NCBI GenBank assembly: GCA_951406725.2
Contig: OX597840.1
Span: 28,396,001 to 28,460,000 of the forward strand
Length of the DNA: 64,000 nt
Direction: 5' to 3'
Origin: Octopus vulgaris
Taxonomy: Eukaryota
Part shown: one piece after another, positions 1 to 17,185 of the stretch
How the letters are laid out: each line of letters begins with the position of its first letter
Numbering within the stretch: the stretch's first letter is position 1
Made by a program: the position numbers and the translations under genes
The notes under the pieces: generated by a model
What the model saw: the letters and a program-made list of their open reading frames with translations, nothing else
Told to the model about the DNA's origin: nothing
Database searches by the model: none

Positions 1-58
1 AGGCGGTGCTCCAGCATGGCCGCAGTCAAATGACTGAAACAAGTAAAAGAGTAAAGAG
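1..58 (+). mobile_element. SINE family A, 3' tail
   Basis: aggcggtgctccagcatggccgcagtcaaatgactgaaacaagtaaaagag, identical to the 3' end of full copies (e.g. 26414-26822). Confidence 0.85.
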
Positions 59-62
59 AGTG

Positions 63-97
<35 letters not shown>

Positions 98-127
98 GTG
101 TGCGTGTGTGTGTGTGTGTGTGTGTAT

Positions 128-548
128 GGAGGCGCAATGGCCCAGTATGGAGGCGCAATGGCTCGCAATCGTAGGATCGCGGTTTCGATTCCCAGACCGG
201 ACGTTGGCCTGCTCGCTTAGCCAGCAGGTGGCGTCATTTGAAGGCTAAAACAATGTGAAGAGAATTTGGTAGACGGAAGCTGAAAGAAGCCCGTCGTATA
301 TATGTATATATATGTATGTGTATATATATATGTTTGTGTGTCTGTGTTTGTCCACCCCCACCCCCAACATCGCTTGACAACCGATGTTGGTGTGTTTACG
401 TCCCTGTAGCTTAGCAGTTCGGCAAAAGAGACCGATAGAATAAGTACAAGGCTTACAAACAATAAGTGCTAGGGTCGATTTGCCCGACTAAAGGCGGTGC
501 TCCAGCATGACCGCAGTCAAATGACTGAAACGAGTAAAAGAAAAGAGA
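128..548 (+). mobile_element. Chimeric SINE: tRNA-like head fragment of another family fused to SINE A body and tail
   Basis: ggaggcgcaatggcccagt...ggtttcgattccc head, then atttggtagacggaagctgaaagaagcccgtcg, a microsatellite and the A tail. Confidence 0.7.
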
Positions 549-996
549 GTATATATATACACACACAAACACACGCACATACACACAAATTTATTGTAGT
601 CAAACATACACAGTACATGTATGTGTATATACGTACATATGTGTATGTGCACGCGTGCGTGAGTGTGTGTTTGGGTGTGTGTGTGTGTGTGGTGTCCCAT
701 ATGTAACACGGCATCTAAACGTATTTAGCGTTCAACAACTCATAAATTGCTGTTTACACAGATTTATACACCTTTAAAATATAGATACACGCATTTGCAG
801 GTATACATACATACACGCACACAGCCATAGATATATACATACATGCATACGTATGTACATATATGTATACATACACCTACACACACTCAAATATATATAT
901 CTGTATATATAGATATATGTATGTATATATGTGTATATATATGTGTATCTGTGTGTATACATGTTTATATAGAACATATGTGTACATATATATGTA

Positions 997-1035
<39 letters not shown>

Positions 1036-1156
1036 CTCTGTGTGTACATGTCTATATAAAATATATGTGTACATATATATACATCTATATAATATATATA
1101 TTTACATATATTTGTATATATACACGCACACATGCACACACAAACACACATACATA

Positions 1157-1205
<49 letters not shown>

Positions 1206-1234
1206 ATATAGAATACGTGTATACATATATGTAT

Positions 1235-1279
<45 letters not shown>

Positions 1280-1638
1280 TTATGCAATATTATATACAGG
1301 TGCGTGTGTTTATGTATATATATATATATATACACACACATACACACACAAACACACATACATACGCATATATAATGTCCATATAGAATACGTGCATACA
1401 TATATGTATACGATATATGCATATACATATGTATATCTATGCAATATAATATACAGGTGTGTTACACACACACACACACATACACACACACATACATACA
1501 CATACACGTTAGCCAAAAAAGAAACGGAATTGTCAGTCGATTTGCAAATATAAAAAAAAAACAACAAAAAGGACTAAAAAAGTAAGGAATAAAAGACACT
1601 CCAAAAAATACCAAAAAAAAATAACAACCCCTTCCCCC

Positions 1639-1670
<32 letters not shown>

Positions 1671-2272
1671 TATCTCTACAATCGAAAAAGCGGCAACTAG
1701 TTGAAAAGGGGCCTCCAGGGAGAGCAACCAGCAAGAGAATCGGTGTTGTGGTTTGGTCTGAAAGACTTACAGTGATTGCTGAATGACGAGCGAACAATGG
1801 CGACTAAAGACAAATGAAAATTTCATGTCAATCCAACCGCGTTACCAGATTACAATTTGCTAATTACTTCTATTTTCTATTCCACTGTTTGTTCCTTCTG
1901 TTTATTTATGTATGGTGGCGCCGCCTAACGTTCGTTGAAGGTAGATGTTGTGTTGTGGTTGTGGTTGTGGTTGTGGTGATTGTTGTTGTGGTGGTGGTAG
2001 TTGTTGGTGGTGGTTTGTGGTGTGTGGTTGTTTTGTGGTGTTGTGTTTGGTGGTAGCACCGCCTTACACTGCAGGGGGGGGATTGTGGGAGTGTGTGTGT
2101 TGTGTGTGTGTGTGTGTGTGAGTGTGTGAGAGTATGTTTGTGTGTGTGGTTGTGTGTGTGGTTGAGTGTGGTTGTGTGAGTGTGTGTGTGGTTTTGTATG
2201 TGTGTGAGTGTATGTGGTTGTATGTGTGTGGTTGTGTGTGTGAGTGTGTATGTGGTTGTGTGTGTGAAAGTA

Positions 2273-2303
<31 letters not shown>

Positions 2304-2606
2304 TGTGGTTGTGTGTGGTTGTGTGTGTGAGTGTGTATGTGGTTGTGTGTGTGAGAGTATGTTTGTGTGTGTGTGGTTGTGTGTGTGGTTGTGTGTGTGG
2401 TTGAGTTTGGTTGTGTGTGTGTGTGTTGTTGTAGGTGTGTGGTTGTGTGTGTGAGTGTGTATGTGGTTGTGTGAGTGTGTGTATGTGTGTGAGTGTGTAT
2501 GTCTGTGAGTGTGTGTTCGTGGTTTGTGGGTGTGGTTGTGTGTTTCTGTGTGTGTGTGCGTAAGTGTGTGTGTATGTGCGTGTGTGGTTGGTGTAAGTTC
2601 GTATGT

Positions 2607-2722
2607 GTGTAAGTGCAGTGGGTGTGTAAGTACAGTGGGTGTGTAAGTACAGTGGGTGTGTAAGTACAGTGGGTGTGTAAGTACAGTGGGTGTGTAAGTA
2701 CAGTGGGTGTGTAAGTACAGTG
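2607..2722. repeat. 17-bp minisatellite (gggtgtgtaagtacagt) x ~6 inside a (GT)-rich tract
   Basis: Direct tandem copies visible. Confidence 0.9.
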
Positions 2723-2924
2723 TGTGTGTGTGTGGTTTTGTATGTGTGGTTGTATGTATGTATAGGTATGTGTGTGCGAGTGTTATTTCTGTCTTTGTGT
2801 GGTTTTGTGTCTGCGTGGTTTTGTATATGTGCTTATGTGTGTGTTTGTATGTATGTATGTATGTATGTATGTATGTATGTATGTATGTGTGTGTGTGTTG
2901 TGTGTGTAATTGCTACGGTGGTAG

Positions 2925-3387
2925 TATAGGCTTAAGCATGGCCGAATGGTTTAAGACGTTCTCTTCGCAATCATGAAGTGTCAGGTTCAATACCACTGCT
3001 TGACACTTAGTAGAACTGTATTTTACTCCTACCGCCTTCTCAGTCAAGTTTTGCGACGCGGTAGATGGAGAGATGGAAACTGTGAAGAAGCCCGACACAC
3101 TGAGTCACCCTGAGTCTATCAGAGAGCTACGTTAAGGGGCATATGTGTCTGTGGAATACTCTGCCACTTCACATTACTATATTCTTTTATCCGTTTTAGT
3201 CATTTCACTACGGCCATGCTGGAGCAACGCCTTTAGTCGAAGAAATCGACACTCAGGACTTATTCTTTGTAAGCCTGGTATTTGTTCTATCGGTCACTTT
3301 TGCCGAACTGCAAATGTACAGGGACGTAAACACACCAACAACGGTTGTCAAGCGATGGTTAGAGGACAAACACCGATACACAAATGT

Positions 3388-3443
<56 letters not shown>

Positions 3444-3500
3444 TGTGTGTTTGTGTGTGTGTTTGTGTGTCTTTGTTCTCCCCACCAACATCACTTGATA
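2925..3500. mobile_element. Cluster of old degenerate SINE A/E fragments in both orientations
   Basis: Diverged A head (+), E piece (ctacgttaagggg...gtgtctgtggaatactc), A tail on the minus strand at 3180-3375. Confidence 0.6.
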
Positions 3501-4189
3501 GACGAAAATTTTAGAAAAACTAAACAAGTATATGAGTGGAAACTTTACCGGTGCGTGTGTTAAATGATAAGGCACTAAAAGAGAATGACTCTCCCCAGAC
3601 ACAACAGAATATGCTTCAACACACGAACTCACATAAAGAATCTTGCAAACCAAATCCCAAAACGAAGAATACACGTTGTTATAAAGAATTTAAACAAAAG
3701 ACTATAATCGTGATGTAGGTGTACGAAAACGTATTTCTGACGTTTGTAACGAAATAAATATATAAAGGTCGCGAATGTGTTTTAAATGGCGGTCATCACC
3801 TCCTTTCACCCTTGAAATTGAAACAGATTCAACGCACGATATCAGATGAAGTTATTTACGATTTGTGAAATCTTTATGTATGTATGTATGTATGTTTGTA
3901 TGTATGTATGTATGCATGTATGTATGTATGTGTGGATGTATGTGTGGGTGTATGTGTGGGTGGGTGTGTGGATGTATACATGAATGTATGTGTATGTGTG
4001 TGAGCGGATTTATGAATACGTCTACATGTATACACACATCATGCGGATACACATTCATATACACGTATCTGACTCTACGTATAATATATAAAATACATAC
4101 ACTCACACATATATACATACATACATACAAACATATATACATACATACATACATATATATATATATATACACATATATATATATTTATG

Positions 4190-4372
<183 letters not shown>

Positions 4373-4401
4373 ATATATGTATGTATATGTATATATATAC
4401 G

Positions 4402-4493
<92 letters not shown>

Positions 4494-4507
4494 TATACAT
4501 AACATCA

Positions 4508-4729
4508 TACGAGGGGTGCTGAAAAGTTCCTAGCTGTAAGGGTCTCACGAAAAGTCTAGTTGGAGGCCCAACCTTATGAGTTCATTTACAGGGCTTAGAA
4601 AAACTAAAGGGCTGCTGCAATAAATGTGTGAATCTGAGAGGAGGGGAATATGTTGAATAAGACCAGGATTTATTGTTCCTCCTGTATTTTTTTTTATCCA
4701 AGGCCAGGAATTTTTCAGCACTCCCCGCA
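4508..4729 (+). mobile_element. Mariner-derived MITE (~220 bp)
   Basis: TA-flanked TIRs tacgaggggtgctgaaaagttcc / ggaatttttcagcactccccg; internal remnant translates LQGLEKLKGCCNKCVNLRGGEYVE*, matching the mariner transposase C-terminus. Confidence 0.8.
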
Positions 4730-4805
4730 CATAGATATATACGTACACACACATTTATGTGTGTGTGCGTGCGTGTGAGTGTATGTATGTATGTATGTAT
4801 GTATG

Positions 4806-4860
<55 letters not shown>

Positions 4861-4868
<8 letters not shown>

Positions 4869-5506
4869 AAAGGGCATTTATATAAAAGGGCATTTGAATT
4901 CGCCTTAAATGGTCCCTTTGCATACTGAACATTGGTGAAATTGATTAATAATTAATTAATTTTACCCTCAATTGTTGAAATTATAATTAATCTCCTCTAA
5001 TTAATGCTTCGGATTTTACCGAAATAAGCATAGCGTTTGATGATTTTAACCCACGCTGGTGGAAGGGAGAACAGAAATTCTTCACTTGCTTATTTGGGTT
5101 TGTTGGCACTGTTATTCGAGCGGATCTTCGAAAGGGTATGTTCTTACTTTCAGTGTTTCCAAATCCAAACCAAGGAGTTTCTGAGCTGAAGATAGAAATG
5201 TTGTTTTGACTAATCTTGAAACGTACGTTCTCAATAACCTTAGCATTTGATTTTAATGTCCTTACCCCAAACTTTTGTGAGTTGAATCAAGCAAACACTA
5301 TATATGAGAGAGATTTTCTTTAAGTATTAGAAATAGCTTTAAAAGTTTTTAGCTGCTATTTCTAATGAGTTAGTATGCGGCAAAGTAATTTATTTTACTA
5401 AGCCCTTTTATATAATGTAATAATTTGAATTGCCTTAAATGGTCCCTTTGATACTGAACTTGGTGAAATTGATTAATAATTAATTAATTTTACCTCAATT
5501 GTTGAA
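4861..5506. mobile_element. Repeat in (TA)n with an ~85-bp direct repeat and a short inverted end (Penelope pLTR-like layout)
   Basis: 4893-4978 ~ 5425-5506 direct; attatataaaagggc (4861) is inverted to gccctttttatataat (5402). Confidence 0.45.
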
Positions 5507-5527
5507 TATATATATATATATATATAA

Positions 5528-5558
<31 letters not shown>

Positions 5559-6082
5559 ATATATACATATATGAAGTAGTGACTTTATCCGAGATCGTAT
5601 ATTGAAATTTATGTAATTATATCAAAAAAGGGTCATGACAGACGTTTAAGACACGCACATACAAACACAGGCACACTCACGCATATACCGCATGCACACT
5701 ATACACACACATACACACACACACACTCACTGTTATGTTTTCTTTTATCTTTCGTGATGTCAAAAACTTCCATTGTACATTTTCGCCCCGGATATCGTGA
5801 TTTAATTAAATTCGTTCTGAGGTAATTAAAATCTAAGATAATGATGCGTAGCTTGGTTGAATAGTTAAGAAGTTCCTTTCACATTCATTGGGTTCCGGAA
5901 CCGATCTCCCTGCGCAGAATCTTGACACCTATCACTTACCATAACCCTTGAGTGATCCAAAGTCCCAGTCGACGGAAACTGTATAGAAGCGTATAAGTCG
6001 TGCCAGTTACGCAGTAGGGTCGATGTAATTGACTAGTCCAGCCTCCCCTCAAATGTCAGGCCTTGTGCCTATAGTAGAAAAT

Positions 6083-8046
<1,964 letters not shown>

Positions 8047-8235
8047 AGGCGGCGAACTGGCAGAATTGTTAGCACACCGGGCCACATGCCTAGTGGTATT
8101 TCGTCTGGTGCTACGTTCTGAGTGCAAATTCCGCCAGGGTCGACTTTACCTTTCATCCTTTCGGGGTTGATAAATTGAGTACCAGTGAAACACTGGGGTT
8201 GATGTAATCGACTAGTCCCCTTCTCCACCAAATTT
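8047..8235 (+). mobile_element. SINE family B
   Basis: ggcggcgaactggcagaattgttagc (A-box-like), ctgagtgcaaattcc (B-box-like), core gtcgactttacctttcatcctttcggggttgataaattgagtaccag. Confidence 0.85.
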
Positions 8236-8239
8236 CGAT

Positions 8240-8700
8240 TTCGGCGGAATTTGGACTCAGAACATAAAGGCAGACGAAATACCTATTTCTTTACTACCCA
8301 CAAGGGGCTAAACACAGAGAGGAAAAACAAGGACAGACAAACGGATTAAGTCGAGTATTTCGACCCCAGTACGTAGCTGGTACTTTATTTATCAACCCTG
8401 AAAGGATGAAAGGCAAAGTCGACCTCGGCGGAATTTGAACTCATAACGTAACGGCAGCCGAAATATCGATTTCTTTACTACCCACAAGGGGCTAAACACA
8501 GAGAGGACAAACAAGGACAGACAAACGGATTCAGTTGAGTATTTCGACCCCAGTGCGTAACTGGTACTTAATTTATCGACCCCGAGAGGATGAAAGACAA
8601 AGTCAACCTCGGTGGAATTTGAACTCGGAACCTAACGGCAGACGAAATACTGCTAAGCATTTCGCCCGGCGTGCTAACGTTTCTGCCAGCTCGCCGCCTG
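8240..8700 (-). mobile_element. SINE B multimer (one head plus tandem bodies)
   Basis: Head at 8640-8698; bodies joined at gaaatacctatttc / gaaatatcgatttc. Confidence 0.85.
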
Positions 8701-8889
8701 GATTATTCTGCTGTCCCTAATGCATGGGAAAGTGCCCTCTTCCAATTTCTTTCCTCCTGCTTACAGTTCGGAACGTAACACCCGCGATAGTCGAGGGATA
8801 GCCGTATTTCAAACCTACCTTAAGAATACGTACACCAATATATCTTCACCTAAACTATAATACGAGAACTATATACTAAAACTATAAGA

Positions 8890-9080
8890 GACGGCGAGCT
8901 GGCAGAAACGTTAGCGTGCCGGGCGAAATGCTTAGCAGTATTTCGTGTGTCGTTACGTTCTGAGTTCAAATTCCGCCGAGGTCAACTTTGCCTTTCATCC
9001 TTTCGGGGTCGATAATCGACTTAATCCCTTTGTCTGTCCTTGTTCGTCCCGTCTATGCTTAGCTCCTTGTGGGCAATAAA
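8890..9080 (+). mobile_element. SINE family B, internally deleted
   Basis: ggcgagctggcagaaacgttagc...ccttgtgggcaataaa. Confidence 0.85.
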
Positions 9081-9084
9081 CTGA

Positions 9085-9603
9085 TTGGAAGTGTTGTCAT
9101 TTACATTATTTTGTCTTGGTATAAAAGATGGGCTACAGCAAATATTCTGCTCAATACCACAGACTTGCTTGTCAGTTGTTTGACTTTAACCAGTTGACCA
9201 TGTCCCTTAGTGGCTGACGATTTGTGCATCTCTGATCACGAGCAGAAGTAGTGGGAGAGCATCATAGCCGTGTGTTGAAAGGAATTCTTAGATGTTTGGA
9301 TCATTCATCTTTGGAAACACAGGAGGTTCGTTCAACATCCTTAAACAATCCTTATTCAGGGATCTTTTGAGTGGGATGGGTCACTCGACCAGAAGAAAAT
9401 TCTAACTGGGCCCCACCTGCAAGGTCATTTGCTGTTTATCTTGATATGAGATCACCATGTCGCGCATATATGGTTGTGATGCATGTGCCTGGTGTACCCT
9501 TATCAGACGGGTAGTCATGATGGGTATACTGGGCTTCGTATATTTTACACCAGTGTCACTTTGATGGCATGAACTGCTCTCTCACTCAATAATAATAATA
9601 ATC
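9085..9603 (+). mobile_element. Probable 3' portion of a retroelement ending in an (AAT)n tail
   Basis: Complex block with higher GC than its flanks, ending ctctctcactcaataataataat; single copy here, no diagnostic peptide. Confidence 0.35.
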
Positions 9604-9944
9604 TTTTCTAGTAAAGGTACAAGGCCTGAAATTTGAGGGGAGGGGATTAGTTGATTACAACGATCCCAGTGCAATAATACTGCAGCAACAACAATAATAT
9701 TATGTCAAGCACTGATTCTTTCCTTGTTTAAATCAATAATGGCGTCGTGGCCAATTCCCTTCATCGTTTGAGAGAAAGAGCTGGTGGGGGGGGGGGGCGA
9801 TTTGATTGTTATTTCTAGCAAGTCGATTGACCACATAAGCAGAATCTACCTTTGTTTTTTTTGTTTTTTGTTTGTTTTTTTTTTTTTTTGGGGGGGGTGC
9901 CTCTCCATACCCCCTCGCCGTGGTCGCCGTGGTAGTTGCAATTG

Positions 9945-9992
9945 CTGTTGTTTTTGCTGTTGTTGTTGTTGTTGGTGGTGGTGGTGTTGTTG

Positions 9993-10024
<32 letters not shown>

Positions 10025-10313
10025 GGTGGTGGTGGTGTTGTTGTTGGAGGTGGTGTTGTTGTCGTTGTTGTTGGTGGTGGTGTTGTTGTTGTTGTTGTTG
10101 GTGGTGGTGGTGTTATTGGTGGTGGTGGTGGTGGTGGTGGTGGTGTTGTTGTTGTTGGTGGTGTTGTTGTTGTTGTTGGTGTTGGTGGTGGTGGTGGTGG
10201 TGTTGGTGGTGGTGTTGGTGGTGTTGGTGTTGTTGTTGTTGTTGTTGTTGGTGGTGTTGTTGTTGTTGTTGTTGTTGGTGGTGGTGCTGTTGTTGATGTT
10301 GTTGGTGTTGTTG

Positions 10314-10345
<32 letters not shown>

Positions 10346-10390
10346 GGTGTTGTAGTAGTTGTTGTTGTTGTTGTTGTTGTTGTCGTCGTC
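9945..10390. repeat. (GTT/GGT)n compound trinucleotide tract
   Basis: Direct reading. Confidence 0.95.
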
Positions 10391-12111
10391 GGTTCTGCAC
10401 TCAGAGAGCAAAGTTAAGTAGCAAGTAACCCAAACAACTTGAGAGCGCCACCTCTCTACCAATTTCCACAGCGTAGGAATGTTTGGCAAACAAAGCCTTT
10501 CCACCCCCGCCCACCACCCCCTTTTTATAATAATGGCCTTTGTTGCTCTTCTCGTTGTTGTTGTTGTTGTTGTTGTCGAAGTCGTTGATGTTTGTGTTTG
10601 TATGTTGCTGCTGCTGCTGCTACTGCTACTACTACTGCTGTTGTTGTTTTTGTTTTTGTTGTTGTTGTTAGCGTTATTTATTATTTATTATCTGCGCTGT
10701 TCCAACTGAATGCATTCGAGGGCGAAGTCTTGCAGTAATTAATTGTTTTTGCTGTGTGTGAGGGGGAAAAAAGAAAGAAAGAAAGACCCCCGCGCACACA
10801 CACACGTACACACACGCACGCACACACACACATACACACACATACACACACATATACGCACGCACAAGCACACATATATGTATATACACACACGCACACA
10901 CAGACATACACAGATATACACACACATACACACACATGTACGCACGTACAAGCACACATACACACATATATAAATACATACACACAAACACATTAATACA
11001 TGCACACAAACACACATCACACACGCACACAGATACGCACGCACAAGCACACACATACACACACACACATGTATATACAGACACAAACACACAAGCGCAT
11101 TAATGCATGCACACAAACACACATCACACACACACACACATATACACATATACACATCTTTAACCAGACAGACAGAAACATACACACACTGGCAAATATA
11201 CAAACACACACATGCATATATTCATACTTATATACATACATACATACATACACACATACTTAGACATTACATGTACAACACACGCCCACAAACACCTACA
11301 CGAATACACACATCACATATACGCACATACACATACACATATACATATTTACAATCGGACAGACAGAAACATACACACACCCGCAAATACACAAATATAC
11401 ACACACAAATACATATATACATGCATACACACATATATACATACACACACGCACACATCTGCAGACCCGCAGCAAACAAGTACATATATATACACTCACA
11501 TACATATATATGCACATACACACATTCGTAGACATGCACACACATACACACACTATACAGTTCATACACACACCTGCAGATTCGCAGCATACAAACACAC
11601 ACATACACACTTACACACAAACACATACCACACACACACACACAGAGGCAAACACACACAAAGGCACACACACAGAGGCACACACACACACTCACACACT
11701 CACGCATAATAGCACGAACACACACACACACACACACAAATACACACACACACACACACACAGAGGCACACACACACACACGCACACACTCACGCATAAC
11801 AGCACGAACACACATGCTTACAGAACCGTTACGCATACACATGCAAACCACCCACATTCATATGCACACGTTTACACACACATACACACACATACACACA
11901 CATACGCACATACACACACATACACATAAGCACACACATCTACAGACCCCCTATACACACACACACACACATACACGCATTCACATAGTTTCCAGTACAT
12001 ACCTCTAGTCTTCGGATGTATGTATATTTTATGTGGCGTGAGATGAAGCTTTGTTGCATATACGAACAGGTGCGTGAGTGTGTGTGTGGGGGAGAGCACA
12101 AAGCTATGGGC

Positions 12112-12149
<38 letters not shown>

Positions 12150-12281
12150 GTGTGTACATGTGTGTGTGTGTGTTCACACGAAGGACGTTATTGCGTTCTT
12201 GTTAAGTAACAATACATGGAGACAGCGAAACCTGTTTGCTTAAAATCGCACAGGTATTCATCGTTTTATACACATACAAAC

Positions 12282-12316
<35 letters not shown>

Positions 12317-12350
12317 TATATATAAATGCAGATACATACATAATACATAC

Positions 12351-12386
<36 letters not shown>

Positions 12387-12560
12387 GCACAAATATATTT
12401 GTATATAGGTAAATACATATGTGTATATATGTGTGTATCTGAATGTGTGTATCTGTGTTGTATATAAATATATATGTGGTCATATACGTACATGCATATA
12501 CATATATCCATATATCTATATATACATATATACATGTATATATATACACACACATATATA

Positions 12561-12633
<73 letters not shown>

Positions 12634-12678
12634 TAGACATATATATAAAAACATACACGCAACCGTTCATACATATAT

Positions 12679-12763
<85 letters not shown>

Positions 12764-12815
12764 CATATACATATGCTAAAACCAGTGGCATTGCAGATAG
12801 ATCAATGCAAAATAA

Positions 12816-12884
<69 letters not shown>

Positions 12885-13028
12885 TATTCAGTTGCATAAA
12901 TATGCAAATAACCACAACCAAACTACACCACAGACATCTACATATATCGATGGCTTCATACCTGCAAACAAAGACATGAGAACATTTTAAATGCACATAC
13001 ATATATATATACGTATGTGTGTATGTGT

Positions 13029-13066
<38 letters not shown>

Positions 13067-13580
13067 GTATATATTCGTGTGTAGAAATCACTATATATGA
13101 AACACATGATCATGCGTATACTAATGTACACATGGCCATATATAGACATAGACACTGTTATGCTTTCACGTAGAGAGACTCATACATATTTAAGAACCCC
13201 TAAGCGCCATATTTGATCAAACTCTCAGTGTATATAAACTGTGTGTTTGTCTGTCTGTGTTATTTGCATGTATATATACACCTGTGTATATAAGTATGCA
13301 TTTATACTTATATACGGTATATGTGTGTGTGTGTGTGTGTGTGTTTATGCGTGTGTGAGTATATGTATGCTGACACATATACATATATAAGCAATATATA
13401 TGTGTGTATATTCATCTACATATACACATACCTATATATATATACACACATACATCCATACATATATATATATACACGCTGTAATTGTTTTCGTTCCATC
13501 ACACGATCTCAGATCAAGTCACTCGCTATGCAAGTACATCTCCATATACATATGTATATACATTTATAATATACATTTAT

Positions 13581-13626
<46 letters not shown>

Positions 13627-13831
13627 TTACGATTGTGTGTGTGCGTATGTGTGTGTGCATAAGTGTGTGTGTGCATAAGTGTGTGTGTGTGCGTGCGTAT
13701 GTGTGTGTGTAATATAGTTCGTTAATTATAATATATTGTATTCTCGTAAGTTTCATGTCGCTAGTATGTTAAACAATCGTCCGACTATACACCTTCGTAG
13801 GTTCATAGATTCACACAGCTTCCTCATCTAG

Positions 13832-13970
13832 TTTCTTCTTCTTCTTCTTCTTCTTCTTCTTCTTCTTCTTCTTCTTCTTCTCCTTTTTCTTCTTCTTCTT
13901 CTTCTTCTTCTTCTTCTTCTTCTTCTTCTTCTTCTTCTTCTTCTTCTCCTTTTTCTTCTTCTTCTTCTTC
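13832..13970. repeat. (TTC)n/(GAA)n tract
   Basis: Nearly pure, ~45 units. Confidence 0.95.
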
Positions 13971-14105
13971 ATCCATTCTCTGTTCGCCCCTTCCACGGTC
14001 ATTTTAATGTATTTCCAAAAGAATTTACATTATTTACATTTGACGGATATTTGTCCTCATCCATTTTGTTGTTAACACAACGTTTCGGCTGATTTACGCC
14101 ATATT

Positions 14106-15342
14106 ATTTTTGTAACCCAGAACACATTACCTTAAAGCTCAACAAATGAATAACATATACAAGGCATGCAAAAATCCTGTTGCTATGTATTATATTTAAC
14201 GGATTATATCATGTCCCTCTTATATTTCACCCTAGTATCGTACTAGAGTGAAACATTTATTAATTTACACCTCTTTGTATTTTTGTAACCCAGAATGAGT
14301 TACCTTAAAGCTCCACAAGTGAACAACATTTACTAAGAAGTTCCAAGCCATGTAAAATTCAGTTGCGATGTATTATATTTAACGGATTATATCATGTCCT
14401 TTCTATATTTCACCCTAGTATCGTACTAGAGTGAAACATTTATTAATTTACACCTCTTTGTATTTTTGTAACCCAGAATGAGTTACCTTAAAGCTCCACA
14501 AGTGAACAACATTTACTAAGAAGTTCCAAGCCATGTAAAATTCAGTTGCGATGTATTATATTTAACGGATTATATCATGTCCTTTCTATATTTCACCCTA
14601 GTATCGTACTAGAGTGAAACATTTATTAATTTACACCTCTTTGTATTTTTGTAACCCAGAATGAGTTACCTTAAAGCTCCACAAATGAACAACATTTACT
14701 AAGAAGTTCCAAGCCATGTAAAATTCAGTTGTGATGTATTACATTTAACAGATTATATCATGTCCTTTCTATATTTCACCCTATTATCTTACTAGAGTGA
14801 AACATTTATTAATTTACACCTCTTTGTATTTTTGTAACCCAGAATGAGTTACCTTAAAGCTCCACAAATGAACAACATTTACTAAGAAGTTCCAAGCCAT
14901 GTAAAATTCAGTTGTGATGTATTACATTTAACAGATTATATCATGTCCTTTCTATATTTCACCCTATTATCTTACTAGAGTGAAACATTTATTAATTTAC
15001 ACCTCTTTGTATTTTTGTAACCCTGAATGAGTTACCTTAAAGCTCCCCAAATGAACAACATTTACTAAGAAGTTCCGAGTCATGTAAAATTCAGTTGCGA
15101 TGTATTATATTTAACGGATTATATCATATCCTTCCTAGATTTCACCCTACTATCCTGCAAGAGTGAAACGTTTATTGATTTATGCCTCTTTTTGTTTTAG
15201 TAACCCAGAATGAATTACCTAAAGCTCCACAAACGAATAGCGTTTACTAAGAAGTTCCAAAGCAAATAAAATTCAGTTGCGATGTATTATATTTAACAGA
15301 CTATATCATGCCCTACATATCTTTCACTCTACTATCGTACTG
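14106..15342. repeat. 183-bp tandem satellite, ~6.8 copies
   Basis: gtaaccc anchors at 14285, 14468, 14651, 14834, 15017, 15200 (exact 183 spacing); terminal units diverged. Confidence 0.95.
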
Positions 15343-15772
15343 AGTTCTCTATTATTTCATGTAAATATTTCATTATTTTACGTGTAATATGCGTGTGTGT
15401 GAGTGAGTATGTTTGTGTGTGTGCCTTTGTGTTTGTGTGTGTGTGTGTGTATGTGTGTGTGTGCGTGTAGCAATCATTCAAAACCATTAATAAACCATAA
15501 CATTTTCAAAAGGACTTATTACTATGACACAATATGAAAAAATTAGTTTTACAACAAAAATATTTACTTGCACACAGACACACACACTAGCGCATACACA
15601 CACACACATACATACATACAGATATATACTAGCACACACATACACACATATTTACATACATACATCAATTTGCATTAAGAAATAGCTGTGCGATATTTTT
15701 TGAATTCGTACCCTTATAAACAAACATATACGCTATTATTTATTCAACATGGTTACACACACACGTATGTAC

Positions 15773-15981
<209 letters not shown>

Positions 15982-16051
15982 ATATGTTGTTATTTTATAC
16001 TCTGAAAATTAGCAAACCAGAGACAGACTGTGAGAGAGAAAGAAAGAAAGA

Positions 16052-16129
<78 letters not shown>

Positions 16130-16339
16130 ACATCTACTTAGTTACTTTATATGCAAGAAATTGCAAACAAATTTTTTTCGAATTATATTCTATCATCTCT
16201 TCCGAAAGACGGGGTCACATCGTTTGATTTAGTGTTACAGATATAGAAATATGGGATGGTCATAGCGGAAGCGCTTTACGATCGCATATTATATATCAAC
16301 CATGACCGTTACAGGACAAAACAACAAGGGAAGCTGTGC

Positions 16340-16375
<36 letters not shown>

Positions 16376-16377
<2 letters not shown>

Positions 16378-16805
16378 TGGCAATCCGTCGGTTGTGACGA
16401 CGAGGGTTCTAATTCAACCGATCAACGGAACAGCCTGCTCGTGAAGTTAACGTGCAAGTGACTGAGTACCCCCGCAGACACGTGTACCCCTAACGTAATT
16501 CTCTTGAAGATTCGGCGGGACACGGAATGTAACAAGGCTGGACCTTTGAAATACAGGTGCTCTTTTACTCTTTTACTTGTTTCAGTCATTTGACTGCGGC
16601 CATGCTGGGGCACCGCCTTTAGTCGAAGAAATCAACCCCATTACTTATTCTATCGGTTTTTCTTGTCGAACCGCTAAGTGACGGGGACGTAAACACACCA
16701 GCATCGGTTGTCAAGCGATGTTGGGGGGACAAACACAGACACACAAACATACACACACACACACACACACACATACATACATACATACATACATACATAC
16801 ATACA

Positions 16806-16898
<93 letters not shown>

Positions 16899-17185
16899 GA
16901 CGGCTTCTTTCAGTTTCCGTCTACCAAATACACTCACAAGGTTTTGGTTGCTCGAGGCTATAGTAGAAGACACTTGCCCAAGATGCCACGCAGTGGGACT
17001 GAACCCGAAACCATGTGGTTGGTAAACAAGCTACTTACCACACAGCCGCTCCTATCCCCTTTTTTGCCAGATGGGTGGACTGGAGCAACGTGAAATAAAG
17101 TCTCACAACGCACTACCGGGAATCGAACTCAAGACTTTTTGTTCGGGAACCGAATACCTTAACCACCAAAGTTACGTACCTTCAC
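16376..17185 (-). mobile_element. SINE family E interrupted by a SINE A insertion
   Basis: E 3' half at 16376-16558 and 5' half at 17055-17185 match the intact E copy at 19505-19825. Confidence 0.8.
16560..17054 (-). mobile_element. SINE family A, near full length with expanded internal microsatellite
   Basis: Head, (TA)n(TACA)n(CA)n spacer and tail all present. Confidence 0.9.

Noticed and set aside
1700-1810. Minus-strand exon ending at a GTAAGT donor (~1770)
   Set aside because: Donor-like hexamer only; no ORF or partner exon supports it
9784-10504. Cys/Trp-, Gly/Val- and Gln/His-rich ORFs
   Set aside because: All frames are open simply because GTT/GGT repeats lack stop codons
14106-15342. 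CRISPR array or coding repeat (183 = 61 codons)
   Set aside because: No unique spacers, no cas genes, eukaryotic context, and stops in all six frames of the unit checked
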